Source: Octopus vulgaris
Lineage: Eukaryota
Length of the DNA stretch: 64,000 nucleotides
NCBI GenBank assembly: GCA_951406725.2
Contig: OX597835.1
Location: 5,394,001-5,458,000 of the forward strand
Direction: 5' to 3'
In this document: positions 24,987-38,457 of the stretch, piece by piece
Layout of the letters: the number at the start of each line of letters is the position of its first letter
Position numbering within the stretch: position 1 is the first letter of the stretch
Notes under the pieces: generated by a model
What the model was told of the DNA's origin: nothing
Database searches by the model: none
The model's input: only the letters and a program-made list of their open reading frames with translations
Position numbers and translations under genes: made by a program

Positions 24987-24989
<3 letters not shown>
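24776..24989. mobile_element. Palindromic PLE-like element (66-bp arms, 10-nt loop, 72-bp tail) in (TA)n
   Basis: 24776-24841 is the reverse complement of 24852-24917; second family member at 40095-40260. Confidence 0.85.
24843..24889 (+). ncRNA. Minimal type-I hammerhead ribozyme
   Basis: aaaactgt-CTGATGA-a-CG-gcaa-CG-a-GAAAC-TC-a-GA-GTA-acagatttt; stem I ctgt/acag, GNRA-capped mini stem II; cleavage predicted after 24880. Confidence 0.8.
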
Positions 24990-25028
<39 letters not shown>

Positions 25029-25171
25029 TATGACAGGCTTCTTTCAGTTTCCGTCTACCAAATCCACTCACAAGGCATTGGTCGGCCCGGGGCTATAGCA
25101 GAAGACACTTGCCCAAGATGCCACGCAGTGGGACTGAACCCGGAACCATGTGGTTGGTTAGCAAGCTACTT

Positions 25172-27415
25172 TATTTCAAAACATTTGCCATAAAGGCAGT
25201 ACACAGATTAAGTTAGCTTTGCGGGCTGGACGAGGACATTAATGAGGTGAATGATAATGAAAGAAAGATGATAAGGATGGGAGAAGACAGAAAGCGCCCG
25301 CCGACTTTTGCTTCTCTAAAACATTGTTCTTTTTAAAAAAGATTAACACAAAACGAGGTATTAAACCTCTTACAATTTTTCCAATTTTGGGCTTAGCAGT
25401 CCATTATTAATACAAAACGAGGTATTAATCCTCTTACAATTTTTCAATTTTTGGACTTAAGTCCATTACTAATAATACATATCGTCCTCGAAATAGCTTG
25501 TGCCCGCGCCCTCCACCATCAACCACGCCTCCCTCAGAACGTAGTCAAGTTCCGAGTTCGCGTCGCCCGGGACCAAGTTATAGTCTTCATTGAGCTCCTT
25601 TAGCCCTAGCGTCACGTCGAACGCCACGGCCTCCACAGCTACCTGCGGAGGCCATTCGGGGTCCTGTGTGAAGGCTAAAGGTGCTCCCTTGTAGTGCTCT
25701 TCCATCACTTTTTCAATTTCTCCTCCTCTATAGAAGAGGACCAATACATTCAGTTCTTTCGTTGGCGGCACAGTTTCCGCCAACGGTATTCCTTCTCTTG
25801 TCGGTGGCACAACCCCAACCGACGTAGTTCCGCGACATTCCGGTGCCACACTGACAGCCGGCAACGTCCCGTTTTTCTTCCTCTTTTTCTTTTTTTTTCC
25901 CTTTTCAACTGAGGGAGGGTGCGTCTCCTCCGTGGCTGGAAGATTCGCCCTCCTCTCCTCATCCCTATTATCCTTTGGTGAGCACCCATTGTTGCTTACC
26001 TTCCTCTTTCGGCCTCTGCTTGAGGAGTCCTCTGCTTTCTCGGCCGTTATCGTTCCCTCTTCTAGAGGGGTTTTACTTAACTGTTCCGGGATCCTATTTT
26101 GTTCCCGAGGACAGTTCTTCTTTATGTGGCCGGACTCCAAGCACCGATGACACTTAGGGGGCGACCCTCAAGCATCACCGGGTACCTGCACCCGGCCATT
26201 TTCAAAAAATCTGGAAAAACCAGATTGGCTGATTGGGTCCACAGGGTCAAAACTGCTTTCGAGCCAACCCAAGCAGCCGCAGGAAGAACTTTTACATTGA
26301 GGAGCTTAGTTTCGCTGTCACCCAGACCCCGGCGGATAGTCTCCTCTATCCACTCGGGTTCTATGTCGGGTGGCAGTCCGCAAATCCAAGCTTTCATCAA
26401 TTTCTTTTTTTTGTAAGTGGGCAGGAATAAGATTTCCTTACCCTCCAAGGGTTCGCTAGCAAATTTGCAAGCCTCTTCAGGGGTGTCAAACAGCAACCAC
26501 ACCGTTCCATATTTGACACCCCTGGAAATGAATTTAATTGTTGGCAAATACTCCTCCAACTCCTCCTCAATTGCCGTCTTTTCGAATAGGGCGATGGTGT
26601 CAAGTGCCTTGGAGTAGGTTCTCAACACCACCGTCCTATCTTCACGGTCCTTCAACCACTTTTTGGGTGGTATGATTTCCCACTCCAAAACTTTGTTATT
26701 TTTCATTGCCATGTTTTTTAAAAAATATATTCAAATTAGACTCAAAAGCAGGAAGAAAAAAGTTCAAAAGTCTAAATAAATTTGATAGATTTTTGAAAAA
26801 ACAAAAAGGAGAAAGCACAACAGAAGGGAAGAAATTAACGGAAAGTCGCAATAAAGAAAAAACAAAAGGGGGGGGGGGTAAATGAAGTTCAAAAGAAAGT
26901 TAATAAACAGAAAAAACACAGCAAAAATATTCTGGCCTTGCGGTACTCCCGGCCTGGGTTGAACCTGGAACACCGCAACTGCAACACAACCTCCACAAAA
27001 AGGTCCGAAAGGTAATCCAATAGTGGCTTATTTTTATACTTTTCTTGCGAAGTACTCTGACAAGGGAATAAATTCAACAAATCCAAACACAGCACTGGCT
27101 ACCGCCAACGGTGATTTTAACAGTAACTGTATTGAATTCTGAGGATACGCCCCTCCACTGTTTTTTTCTTTTTTTTTTTTTTTTTCCAATGAACACAAAA
27201 ACGGCAGCCGCCTAGCGCAGGCGAAATTGTCTCAGAGTTGGACACAACCTACTGAAATAATAATTGGCACGCAATAAATTATGCCCAACTCACAATAAAC
27301 AAAATCACTTACCTCGACAACTTTCCGTTTTTGGTCTTTTTTCTTTAGTTGGAAGGAGTTTGTTACTCACGTCCACTCTAGCTCAACAGGAAGCAACCGA
27401 CTAACTGCGCATGTC
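25172..27415 (-). mobile_element. Complete ORF1-only non-autonomous non-LTR retroelement (HAL1-like), ~2244 bp
   Basis: 17-bp TSD tggttagcaagctactt at 25155-25171 and 27416-27432; ~700-bp 5' UTR, ORF1, ~300-bp 3' UTR ending aataa; no ORF2. Confidence 0.82.
25469..26712 (-). pseudogene. LINE ORF1-like nucleic-acid-binding protein with CCHC zinc knuckle, one frameshift
   Basis: ORFs 26122-26712 and 25469-26140 join by adding one C in a C-run (~26157-26161), giving GRPPKCHRCLESGHIKKNCP (CX2CX4HX4C), followed by a basic/Pro-rich region. Confidence 0.8.
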
Positions 27416-27589
27416 TGGTTAGCAAGCTACTTACCACACAGCCACCCCTGCGCCTATATACATATATATACATATATGTAATATATGTAAGATACACATA
27501 CACACACAAACATATGGGCATATTTATATGCATATACAGTATATATATACATATATATATGTACATATATATATAAATATACATATATA

Positions 27590-27923
27590 TATTCTTTTAT
27601 TCTTTTACTTGTTTCAGTTATTTGACTGCGGCCATGCTGGAGCACCGCCTTTAGTCGAGCAAATCGACCCTAGGACTTATTCTCTGTAAGCCTAGTACTT
27701 ATTCTATCGGGCTCTTTCGCTGAGCCGCTTGTGAGTGGATTCGGTAGACGGAAACTGAAAGAAGCCCGTCGTGTATATATATGTATGTGTGTTTGTGTGT
27801 GTGCGTGCGTGTGTTGTGTGTGTGTGTGTTACGGAGACGTGAACACACCAACATCGGTTGCCAGGCAATATTGAGGGTACAAACACAGACATACACACGC
27901 ACACACACTCGCTCACTCACTCA

Positions 27924-27997
<74 letters not shown>

Positions 27998-28160
27998 CAT
28001 GACGGGCTTCTTTCAGTTTCCGGCTGCCAAATCCACTCACAAGGCTTTGGTCGGCCAGAAGCTATAGTAGCAGACACTTGCCCAAGGTGCTACGCAGTGG
28101 GACTGAACCCGGAACCATGTGGTTGGTAAGCTACTTACTACACAGCCACTCCTGCGCCTA
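27590..28160 (-). mobile_element. SINE family B copy (rearranged internally)
   Basis: Tail ttcttttacttgtttcag...; head ...ccacagccactcctgcgccta; internal segment inverted around 27728-27770. Confidence 0.85.
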
Positions 28161-28591
28161 TACATATGTGTAAAATTTTCTTTGTCGTCTTATTATATAA
28201 ATGTGTGTGTGTGAGTGTGTGTGTTTTATGTGTGTATCTGTGTGTTTCTTCATAGTATTCCAAAAATACCAATTTTCCAATAGCCGCAGCTGCAACAACA
28301 TATCTCCATATTTGCTGACATACAACAACACCAATATAATAAATACAATCTGATATCAGTGATCAGAGACGGTGAAATAGAATATCAGAGCGTACATGTT
28401 TATGTGTATAGAAAAGGAAGTCAGCGAGGGGGCATAAAGTGCCTATGCATATATAATCTTTGCATCATGGATTTATCTATTGCGTATATTTGTGTGTGTT
28501 TGCGTACTTGCATGTGTGTGTGAGTGCGTGTGTATGTATATATATGTGTGTATGTGCTTGTTTATGAATGTATATATATATGTAGACAAAC

Positions 28592-28659
<68 letters not shown>

Positions 28660-28868
28660 AATTATAAATTAGGGTATCTGACTCCAAAACCACCTTAATT
28701 AAAGTGGTTTTAGAGTCAGATCATGGCTGCTATTTTCAGCATGATGGTATCTCGTAGATATCCTAATTTATAATTTTAATAATTATTACCTTTGAAGGTT
28801 ATTTTTCTGTGCTGGCCACTTGATAAAATCGTTATTTTATTTTAAATTAACGAAATTAACGATCTTAC

Positions 28869-28872
<4 letters not shown>
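28660..28872. mobile_element. Nested-palindrome element with tail in (TA)n (PLE-like architecture)
   Basis: Outer arms aattataaattagggtatct / agatatcctaatttataatt; inner hairpin tctgactccaaaaccac..ttaattaa..gtggttttagagtcaga. Confidence 0.55.
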
Positions 28873-28934
<62 letters not shown>

Positions 28935-28985
28935 ACTATAAAAATATGCGTATATTCATGCATTCATAATACTCTCATATATATA

Positions 28986-30962
28986 CACTAGGTTTCCTGT
29001 TGTTATGCAAGTCAGTCAATCCTCAATAAAATCAAAACCTCTTGTCTGATTTTCTTGAGATCGTTACGGGATATGTGGGATTAAGTATCCCATGTCTCGT
29101 TTACTTTTCGTCTAAATCAGTGCATATTGAAAGCGGAAATGAAGAAAAACACATTTATAGACTGTTTCTTTTTATTATGCACATTAACGTTACATATAAA
29201 CTACATATAATGTGATTTACATATACAACAATACGTAACCAGACCCTTAATGTATATGTATATCTTCCACCATATAATTATATTCACAAACAATTACGAG
29301 TATATTTTACATCTTTATATAGCATCCTTTACCATATGTAACTTCAGATATTCTCTCATCAACGGATTTTGTCAATGTCTGAACAATCTCAGTTTTAATA
29401 TTACTTACAGCAGTTCTTATTGCTTCCCATTATAAATCCTTGTTTGGATATAGTTTGTCATTAGAATATACATCTTTTTTAATAATTGACCACAAATTCT
29501 CTTTTGAGTTTAAATCTGGAGATTGGGTGGAGGTCATTCCATTATTTTATGTTCTTTGAAACCTTTCTTAGCTAAATGGTTAATAGTGAGTTTGGCAGAG
29601 TGTGAAGGGGCATTATCACGCATAAATATGCACTTTCACTTGAGACTTCGCGATCTTGACTTGTGCCAATGGAAGAAGTTGTCATCTAGAAACTTGCAGT
29701 AATTTTCAGCAGCCTCAAATGGACCTATGATGTCTCCTCCAACTATACCAGACCAAAACATGATTCCTCCACCACCAGGCTGTTTTCTTAATCGTGTTGG
29801 TTGACTTTTTCCCATGCAACACCCAGCCGCTTGCCCATCCCTCACGTCCATTTAATGTTGCTCAGGACTCTATGGCTCAGAAACCTGGACGTTATCAAAG
29901 AAGCTTGAGAGGTGGTTGGACGGAACTAGCACTCGCCTCCTTCTGAGAGCTCAAAATCTCTCGAGGAAGCGTCATCCAACCAAAGTACAAATATATGGGA
30001 AACTACCACCTATGTTATCTCTTGTGAAAGGTAGGAGAGTCCAGTTTGCTGGACATTGTTGTAGAGCTGAAAAAGAAGTAATTTCTACTCTTCTCCTCTG
30101 GAAGCCATCTGCTCATGATACCAGAGGGCGCACACTCTCCTACCCTGATGTAATCTCCAGGAATACAGGCATCCAGCAACAGGACCTCCGTAATGCGATG
30201 ATGGACCATGAAGTCTGGCATAACATAGTAAATTCCATTGTCTCGACCACGGTCGAACAATGATGAAATGCACTCGTCACTAAAACTTACATTTGTAAAG
30301 TCTGTCTTTATATATCTGTTCTCTTTGTGTACTTTATTTAAAGGAAGCAAATTTGCGAAATTTATGACTTTACCAATATCTTTCGGTATTATGTAACGTT
30401 CTCCCTTTGAAAGAGATTTCTGCTTCTTCAAAGATTTCTTTGTTGGTTAAACCACTTTTCTTGCACATAATTCTTTTGAGTTTTCTCTTATCTCTATCTG
30501 TGATGTTCTTCAAACACATTTTCTTCCTTCTTCTTGCTCTCTCAATGTTTTGTACTTATGTTTTTATTGTTTTGTGATGTCTATTTAGCTATTTAGAAAT
30601 TACAATTGTCGTATCATCTTCTCCTAGTAGTTTCACTAGTTTTTCCTTCTCCTTTGATGCTATATCTTTACTTCAACCCATTTCTATATTTCCTGTATCT
30701 GAAATTAAGAAAAAAAAAAACATTTCGAAATCACATATCACATGGGAGAACGCAGTATCTTGTTAACTTGCATAATAAAAAGAAACACTCTATAAACGTA
30801 TTTTCCTTCATTTCTGCTTTAAATGTACACCGATTTAGACGAAAATTACACGAGACATGGGATACATAATCCTACATATTCCGTAAGAATGTTAAGAAAA
30901 TTGGACAAAAGGTTTTGATTTTATTGGGGAATGACTGACCTGCATAATAAAAGGAAACACAC
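28986..30962 (-). mobile_element. Tc1-like DNA transposon (degenerate) with ~200-bp imperfect TIRs
   Basis: TIRs ~28990-29190 vs ~30760-30960; transposase motifs FSDEC, GGGGIMFWSGI, MRDNAPSH, PDLNSKENLWS on the minus strand. Confidence 0.88.
29865..30268 (+). mobile_element. RTE-clade LINE 3' fragment inserted in the Tc1 transposase
   Basis: LYGSETWTL...RRVQFAGHCCR...AMMDHEVW, typical RTE C-terminus; splits the Tc1 DEC/RATL motif. Confidence 0.85.
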
Positions 30963-31029
30963 ATATATATATATTTACTTGTTCCACTGCCTCGCGTTGT
31001 GTTTTCTCTTTGTGTTTTCATGTTTGGAT

Positions 31030-31101
<72 letters not shown>

Positions 31102-31299
31102 TAGATAGATATATGTGCAAAAAAGTCAACGTAGAAACTGCTAAAATAATTTTATAAAAAGCATTTCAGTGCCGGTTTCGGTTATTGAGAATTTTTCAAC
31201 TTTAAGTATGGAAAACAATTAAATTTTGGAAAAATTTAATGAAATGTTTTTAAAAGAATATTTGCATAATGTTCAAATACAAGTTGAACACTGTTTTTC

Positions 31300-31495
31300 G
31301 ATTTAGAAAGCAATCCTGGATGCCAAACAGAACAAGAGACGCCTGAACGTGGTATGGCTTGACCTAGCTAATGCATATGGCTTAGTGCCCCACGAATTAC
31401 TGATGAGAGCTCTGAACCACTTCCACTTTCCAGACAAAGTAACCAAAATAATGAGGATGTCTTATGACAGTATCGAGATGAAGTTCACAGGAATT
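31300..31495 (+). mobile_element. Non-LTR reverse transcriptase fragment (Hero/NeSL/R2-like)
   Basis: LNVVWLDLANAYGLVPHELL: RT catalytic-domain motif typical of RLE-type LINEs. Confidence 0.8.
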
Positions 31496-31539
31496 ACTCT
31501 TTTGCAATTCTACCAGATACAGAGAAAAACCTTTTTTCC

Positions 31540-32205
<666 letters not shown>

Positions 32206-32324
32206 GGTGTATGTATGTATATACATGATTCAGTTATTTTACTGCGGCTGTTCGTGGGGCATTGTTTTCATATGTTTGGTCGAACAAACTGGATCCAGTA
32301 TTCTTTTTAAAATTCTATTGCTTA

Positions 32325-32590
32325 TTCTATTGACCTCGTTAGTTGGATTGTTAGAATGCAAACACGAACAGAAAGTAACACTAGTTGTTAAGTGGTAGCC
32401 AGACAAATACAAAGGAACACATACACACATAAACACACATTCAGACATATTCTACGGGCTTCCTCCCAGTTTCTAAGTACCAAATACACTCATGAAGACT
32501 TGGTTGGCACTGGGTTATAGTGGAAGACATTTCCCTCAAGGTGCCTCGAAACTGAAGAGTTGCGAAGTGAGGTTCTTAACTAAATGGCCT
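32325..32590 (-). mobile_element. Old diverged SINE family B copy
   Basis: acgggcttcctcccagtttc...accaaatacactca...tatagtggaagaca. Confidence 0.6.
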
Positions 32591-32659
32591 TGTCATGTTC
32601 TCAATATAACATATATAGAAGAAAGTTTGACTCCTGTACTTAAACACAGTATGTGTATG

Positions 32660-32940
32660 TGCTTGTGTGTGTGTGTGTGTATGTGTGTGAATGTGTGTGT
32701 TGTTATATTTGTGTATTGATATGTAGGTGAGTATGAATATCTGTGTGTTCATGAATGCGTGTGAAATGTGTGTATTGTTGTGTGTGTGTGTGTGTATGTG
32801 TGTGTGTTTGTGTGTGTATGTGTGTGAATGTGTGTGTTGTTATATTTGTGTATTGATATGTAGGTGAGTATGAATATCTGTGTGTTCATGAATGTGTGTG
32901 AAATGTGTGTATTGTTATGTGTGTGCGTGCGTGTTTGTGT
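32660..32940. repeat. ~136-bp tandem duplication within TG-rich sequence
   Basis: gttgttatatttgtgtattgatatgtaggtgagtatgaatatctgtgtgttcatgaatg occurs twice. Confidence 0.88.
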
Positions 32941-33189
32941 GTGTGCTTCAGTATTGTCACACAGTTCACTTTCCATAATTTTTCTTTTCTCACCACAGCA
33001 TGCACAAGATTTTCTTTCGCCTTCTACATTTCATTCCCATCATATATTTCTTACGCTACATTTCCATACCTGAAGACGTTGGACATTTCTTTGTCATCCA
33101 AATTCAATTAGAATCCAAAGTAATCTACATATTTCAGACAGTGAAGTTCTACTAATAGCCTCACTCCGACCAAACACTTCACAGAAATC

Positions 33190-33282
<93 letters not shown>

Positions 33283-33669
33283 ACGTGTGTGTATGAGCGT
33301 ATGTACTACATTATTGACGTTGAAAAGATTTCACTTCACAAACTCTGTTGTTCAGAGTTTTATGTAACCGTTCATCAGGTGAACAGCTACAGGAAGCAAA
33401 TATAAAATAAGAGTGTGTTTCACATTAGCTTTGATATTCGAGAACTATTTTCTCTAACTTGTCTAGCAACTATATTTTAAAACACACACACACACTCACA
33501 CAGAGAGACAGAGAGACATGCAGATATATATATATATATATATATATAAAATGGAGTTAACGCAGGTGTAATCAAATATTTTTACTTTCGACACATGTGA
33601 GATTTTTGCTGCTCTGGTAACTATTTATTTATTTTTTCCGTGTTAATTGTTAACAAGGTAAAAATACAC

Positions 33670-33809
<140 letters not shown>

Positions 33810-33810
33810 T

Positions 33811-34190
33811 GTTTCTTTATTAACCACACAAGGTTGAATACAGAGGGGACAAATTACAAACTAGAGCTTTTCTTTTTGAAAGAGAGAGAAAGAGAGAAAA
33901 AAAAAACGATCAATAGGGATCGTGTATTACAGAAATGTCATGATGTAAAGTGTAAAGGGGGAAGCAGATAAGGTTTATCCGCGGAAAGAAAAGCCTACGA
34001 AAAAGACCACGGTAACCTCGGTCAATAATGTCACATGTTAACACATTCATTTGCAAGTAAGTCACTCTCTGTTTTAAAATTTTCCGGGTTCATGGGATTA
34101 TGTTCAAGGTGGCTTCGTCATTCATGCGTGCCATCCTTGCTACATTCACCCATCTTTTTTGAAACATTCGCTAGACAAAACTTGCCTCTC
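33811..34190 (-). mobile_element. Tx1/L1-like LINE 3' end (ORF2 end + 3' UTR)
   Basis: Minus strand ...gatgggtgaatgtagcaaggatggcacg... is homologous to ~6365-6392; ends tttgtcccctctgtattcaaccttgtgtggttaataaagaaa. Confidence 0.75.
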
Positions 34191-35473
34191 TACTCTCACT
34201 TTCCTTTTCAAGTGATAGATAGATAGATGAGTATAAATCCGAATGAAACTATTCCTTCATGCCAGAATGATGCGGCGGTATTGAATAATGTCTTCGTACA
34301 TACGAAGAAAAAGACAAAGTAAAGCATTTATTTATAACTGAGAAAAAGAAATGGAAATGTGAGAGGAGATGATAAAAACCTATTTACAGCCGAACGGACT
34401 GTGCCAGTAAGAATTTAGTGTTTTGGACATAGATTCCGGTCAGTGTCGGCGATAAAGAGCGAACTCTCGAACTTTCGACAAGTAGCGCGGCATTATTACC
34501 ACTCAGTCAATGGCGACTGTTTTACTCAATGATAAATTAATGACATGAAATGCCATAAAAGAAATAATCTATTACTTTCGACATCCATTTGAAAATTATA
34601 GATTAGATTTAGAACAATTAAATTCTTAGAATTCTTCTTATGTTGGAAAAATCAATAAAGATGTCAACAACAAAATTTGATCTTCCTGACTTTCAGAAAA
34701 CAACTCAACAACTTGAAACTAGATTGTTCTTCTTTCTTTTAATTTCTTTTTATTTTAATTTAGGTTTACCTTTTTTTATATATACATATTTTCTTTGTTT
34801 TCTTTTATATATATATATACTCTACGTTGTCTTTTTCTTCGTTCCGTCCTTAATTAAACTGATAATTCCCAACTGATGTGGTTAATTAGCAACATATGAC
34901 ATTGCTTAATTATACACCTCCTTAATTGAAACCTGTGATTATTAGCTTTTAATTAATCTCAGTAGTCACTGACATATTTCTGACTGCGTTTTCTCTCTAT
35001 TATCTCTCCTCCCTCTCATTCCTCCTCCTCCTCCTCCTCCTTTCGGTTACGGACCTAAAACAAGAATACAACAGGTACAAGGGACAAAATTACAAGATTA
35101 TCACAGGTGGCAGAGAAGACTAAGAGACGTGGCAGAATCATTAGAGCATCGAACGGACAGCCTTTCAATATTTTATTCCAGCTTCCTGCATCCTGAAATC
35201 AAATTCTGCCGAGACCTATTTATCTTTTTAATCCTTCGGCGTCGATAAATGAATTGCCAATCAATTTCAAGAGAACATATAAATCAAAATAAATCAACAT
35301 ATAAAACGTAGAAACTCCAGCACGGCCACAGCCGGCAGGCGTTAATAGGAAAAATCATAAAGTAGAAAATAAGAACGTTTCTAAAGTGTGGAATTTCTTC
35401 ACACCATACAAGTTAATATAAAATTCTTAAGCATTGCGACGCAGCCCCATCGTGGCACTAGAAATATTTTTGT

Positions 35474-35633
35474 ATAGGCGCAGGAGTGGCTCTGTGGTGA
35501 GTAGCTTGCTTACCAGACACATGGTTCCGGGCTCAGTCCCACTGCGTGGCACCTTGGGCAAGTGTCTTCTACTATAGCCTCGGCCCGACCAAAGCCTTCT
35601 GAGTGGATTTGGTAGACGGAAACTGAAAGAAGC

Positions 35634-35703
<70 letters not shown>

Positions 35704-35908
35704 CGCGCGTGGTTGTGTGTCTTTGTTTGTCTAACCAGCATCACTTGACAACCGATGCTGGCGTGTCTCCGTAACTTAGCGGTTCGGCAAAAGAGACTGA
35801 TAGAATAAGTACTTGGCTTACAAAGAATAAGTCCTGAGGGTCGATTTCCTCGACTAATGGCGGTGCTCCAGCATGGCCGCAGTCAAATGACTGAAAGAGT
35901 AAAAGAAT
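35474..35908 (+). mobile_element. SINE family B, full length
   Basis: Matches 23535-23978. Confidence 0.92.
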
Positions 35909-35910
35909 AT

Positions 35911-36372
35911 ATTGGGTTATCCCATAAATAATGCGGTTGTTTCAATTGCATGAATTAGAAGTCGGAGGAGAATGGGATAAACTACCTGCATCAACTTGCT
36001 ATAAAAGCACGTAATAATTTTAACTTGTACTTATTCTTAGTGCAAGTTTTGAAGAGTGCAGCTCGATTTTAACAATTACTTTTTCAAAGCTATAATGGAA
36101 GTGACAAAGGCGCATATTCGGCATATATTGCTTCATGAGTTCATTAAAGGCAAGAATGCAATGGAAAGTGCGAGGAATATTAATACAGTATGTGGGGATC
36201 GGAAAATAAGCGTAAGCCAGCGTCAACAGCGGTTCCAGAAATTCCGACTCGGAAGATCTGTAGAGCTCGACAAGGACGTCCTGCAAACCTTGGTGGAACA
36301 AAATCCCATTGTAACTGTTGAGGAATTAGCAGAGAAACTTGGATTTGGCCATTCAATCATTCGTCGACACAT
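35911..36372 (+). mobile_element. Mariner 5' remnant (TIR + transposase N-terminus)
   Basis: TA-ttgggttatcccataaataatgcgg TIR; MEVTKAHIRHILLHEFIKGKNAMESARNINTVCG...TVEELAEKLG. Confidence 0.87.
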
Positions 36373-36399
36373 ATATAGAAAGAAGTGTATTCCCACGCA

Positions 36400-36655
36400 A
36401 GAAAAAATATAGAATTTGTTTGGGGGGCTGAAAATGCACCTGAATCTCAAACCGGGTATCACAAGAAGCTGATAAAGGGAATTCTGTAGTCATCATGGAT
36501 TCAGAACAATAAATAAACACTACCCTAACCATCCTTCAGAAGAATACCTAGTACGAAAAAAATCAACAACTATAGTCAATCGAAAATAAGAGTAGGAATC
36601 CACCATTTCAAACAAAATTTAACGGAAAAGGAAAGGGGTTACTTAACCAGTTTCT
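36400..36655 (+). mobile_element. Penelope-like reverse transcriptase N-terminal remnant
   Basis: gctgataaagggaattctgtagtcatcatggat = ADKGNSVVIMD, the PLE 'DKG' motif, followed by stops. Confidence 0.75.
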
Positions 36656-36661
36656 TTGCTA

Positions 36662-37068
36662 TACTCTTTTACTCTTTTACTTGTTTCAGTCATTTGACTG
36701 CGGCCATGCTGGAGCACCGCCTTTAATCGAGCAACTCGACCCCGGGACTTATTCTTTTGTAAGCCCAGTACTTATTCTATCTTGCCGAACCGCTAAGTGA
36801 CGGGGACATAAACACACCAGCATCGGTTGTCAAGCAATGCTAGGGGACAAACACAGACACACAAATACACACACGCATACACATATATATATACATATAT
36901 ACGACAGGCTTCTTTCAGTTTCCGTCTACCAAATCCACTCACAAGGCTTTGGTCGGCCTGAGACTATAGTAGAAGACACTTACCCAAGGTGCCACGCAGT
37001 GGGACTGAACTCGGAACCATGCGGTTGGTAGACAAGCTACTTACCACACAGCCACTCCTGTGCCTATA
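36662..37068 (-). mobile_element. SINE family B, near full length
   Basis: Reverse complement of 23535-23978 with a small internal deletion. Confidence 0.92.
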
Positions 37069-38457
37069 AGGTACTTATTTAATAAACCCACGTTGCTAAG
37101 TCGAACTCGGAACCAAATATTTGTGAAGCCAACTTTCTTAATCACATCTACATGCTTGTGTCTTTGTTTTTGGTCATTTGTTGGTCGATGGTCTCTATTT
37201 TCTGATGAGAAAATTCAAAATTTCTTCTAAAAAATATTTTAAAATGTCGTGGGTGGTGGAATTTTGATCGATCATCGTCAATTTTTGAATAAATTGTCGA
37301 CTGAATTGTGGATTCTTTTAGTTGGTTTTTAACATTAGAGAGCTTAGAGGATATTTCTAAAAACAAGGCATAGAAAAGAAAGCATTCGAATGTGGAGGTG
37401 TCGAGGAGGCTTGCTGACGTCTTCCGGTTTAGGGATTAACACAAAATGACAAAAAGAAATAAAAAAAAGAAAAATTAACGAAAGCTAAAAGAGTTTTGTG
37501 CCAAATGGCAGGTGGGGTTCAATTTCTTCTTTCTCTCTTTTTTGTATTATAACTTCCTTCTTTGTCATAAGAATCGAGAAAAACTAACAAAGAAAAATCA
37601 ATCTTCCTCAATCTGTGAAGTTTCTCCTTTAGCACTTGGTTCTTAAATTTACCATTACAGCTGTTTGCTACAAGAGCAAATTTGTGCGAAGCGTCCTCTG
37701 TTAAATGATGTTCGTGCCGTTTTCAGATTAATACAAGTAGAGGCAATATTGGTCTACTGATTCCAGTGAAATTGTATTTTAAACATCAGAGAACATCTTT
37801 TAAAAGAAAGCAACAGAATGTATCGAACGCACTCAGGAAGCAGACACACAGGTTTATAGAAAACTGCTCCACCGAATAAATACATAAATAAATAAATAAA
37901 ATTGCTATTCAACTTTTCGTTGAATCAAAGAATTTCTTTGTCTGGGAGTACGTTGGTAAAACACTCCAGTTTTTGCAAGCAACCGGAAGTGGACTAAGCA
38001 TTCATTATTTTATCTTTTGTTCGTTAAATTCTTATTCCATTTGTTGATATTCCATTTTCAAAGTTGACCTCTGGCAGGAATATGATTGTCTGTGATAACA
38101 GATCGACCAAAGACAGAAATAATCATGAATAAAATAGAATCTGTTCGTCGTAATAGATTCAATACAAGAATTACAGACACCAAGAATTATTGGTAAATTC
38201 TTACGGCATTAGATGAAGTCCTATCGGGTACACAGCGGAATGGTAATGGTAAAAGTTTGGTTTCGACCAATTTAATTACTATCTGTGGCTGCAACCCGTG
38301 TGATTCTGTTATTTTGTAGATTTATATGAGAATTAGAAATTTACTTTACAAATGAAAGAAACACTGATCAATTATATATTGTACCCGCTGTGCGTAGCCG
38401 TATAATATGGCTACCAGCCTATGCCGAGGGAAATATGACACCACCTCCACCACCACC

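Larger units (their letters stand above)
24510..27455 (-). mobile_element. SINE family B split by two nested insertions
   Basis: 3' part 24510-24720, middle 25030-25171, head 27416-27455; interrupted by a palindromic HHR element and an ORF1-only retroelement. Confidence 0.85.

Noticed and set aside
31160-31205. Minus-strand acc-GAAAC-CG-GCA HHR-like remnant
   Set aside because: Core and cleavage triplet too degenerate.
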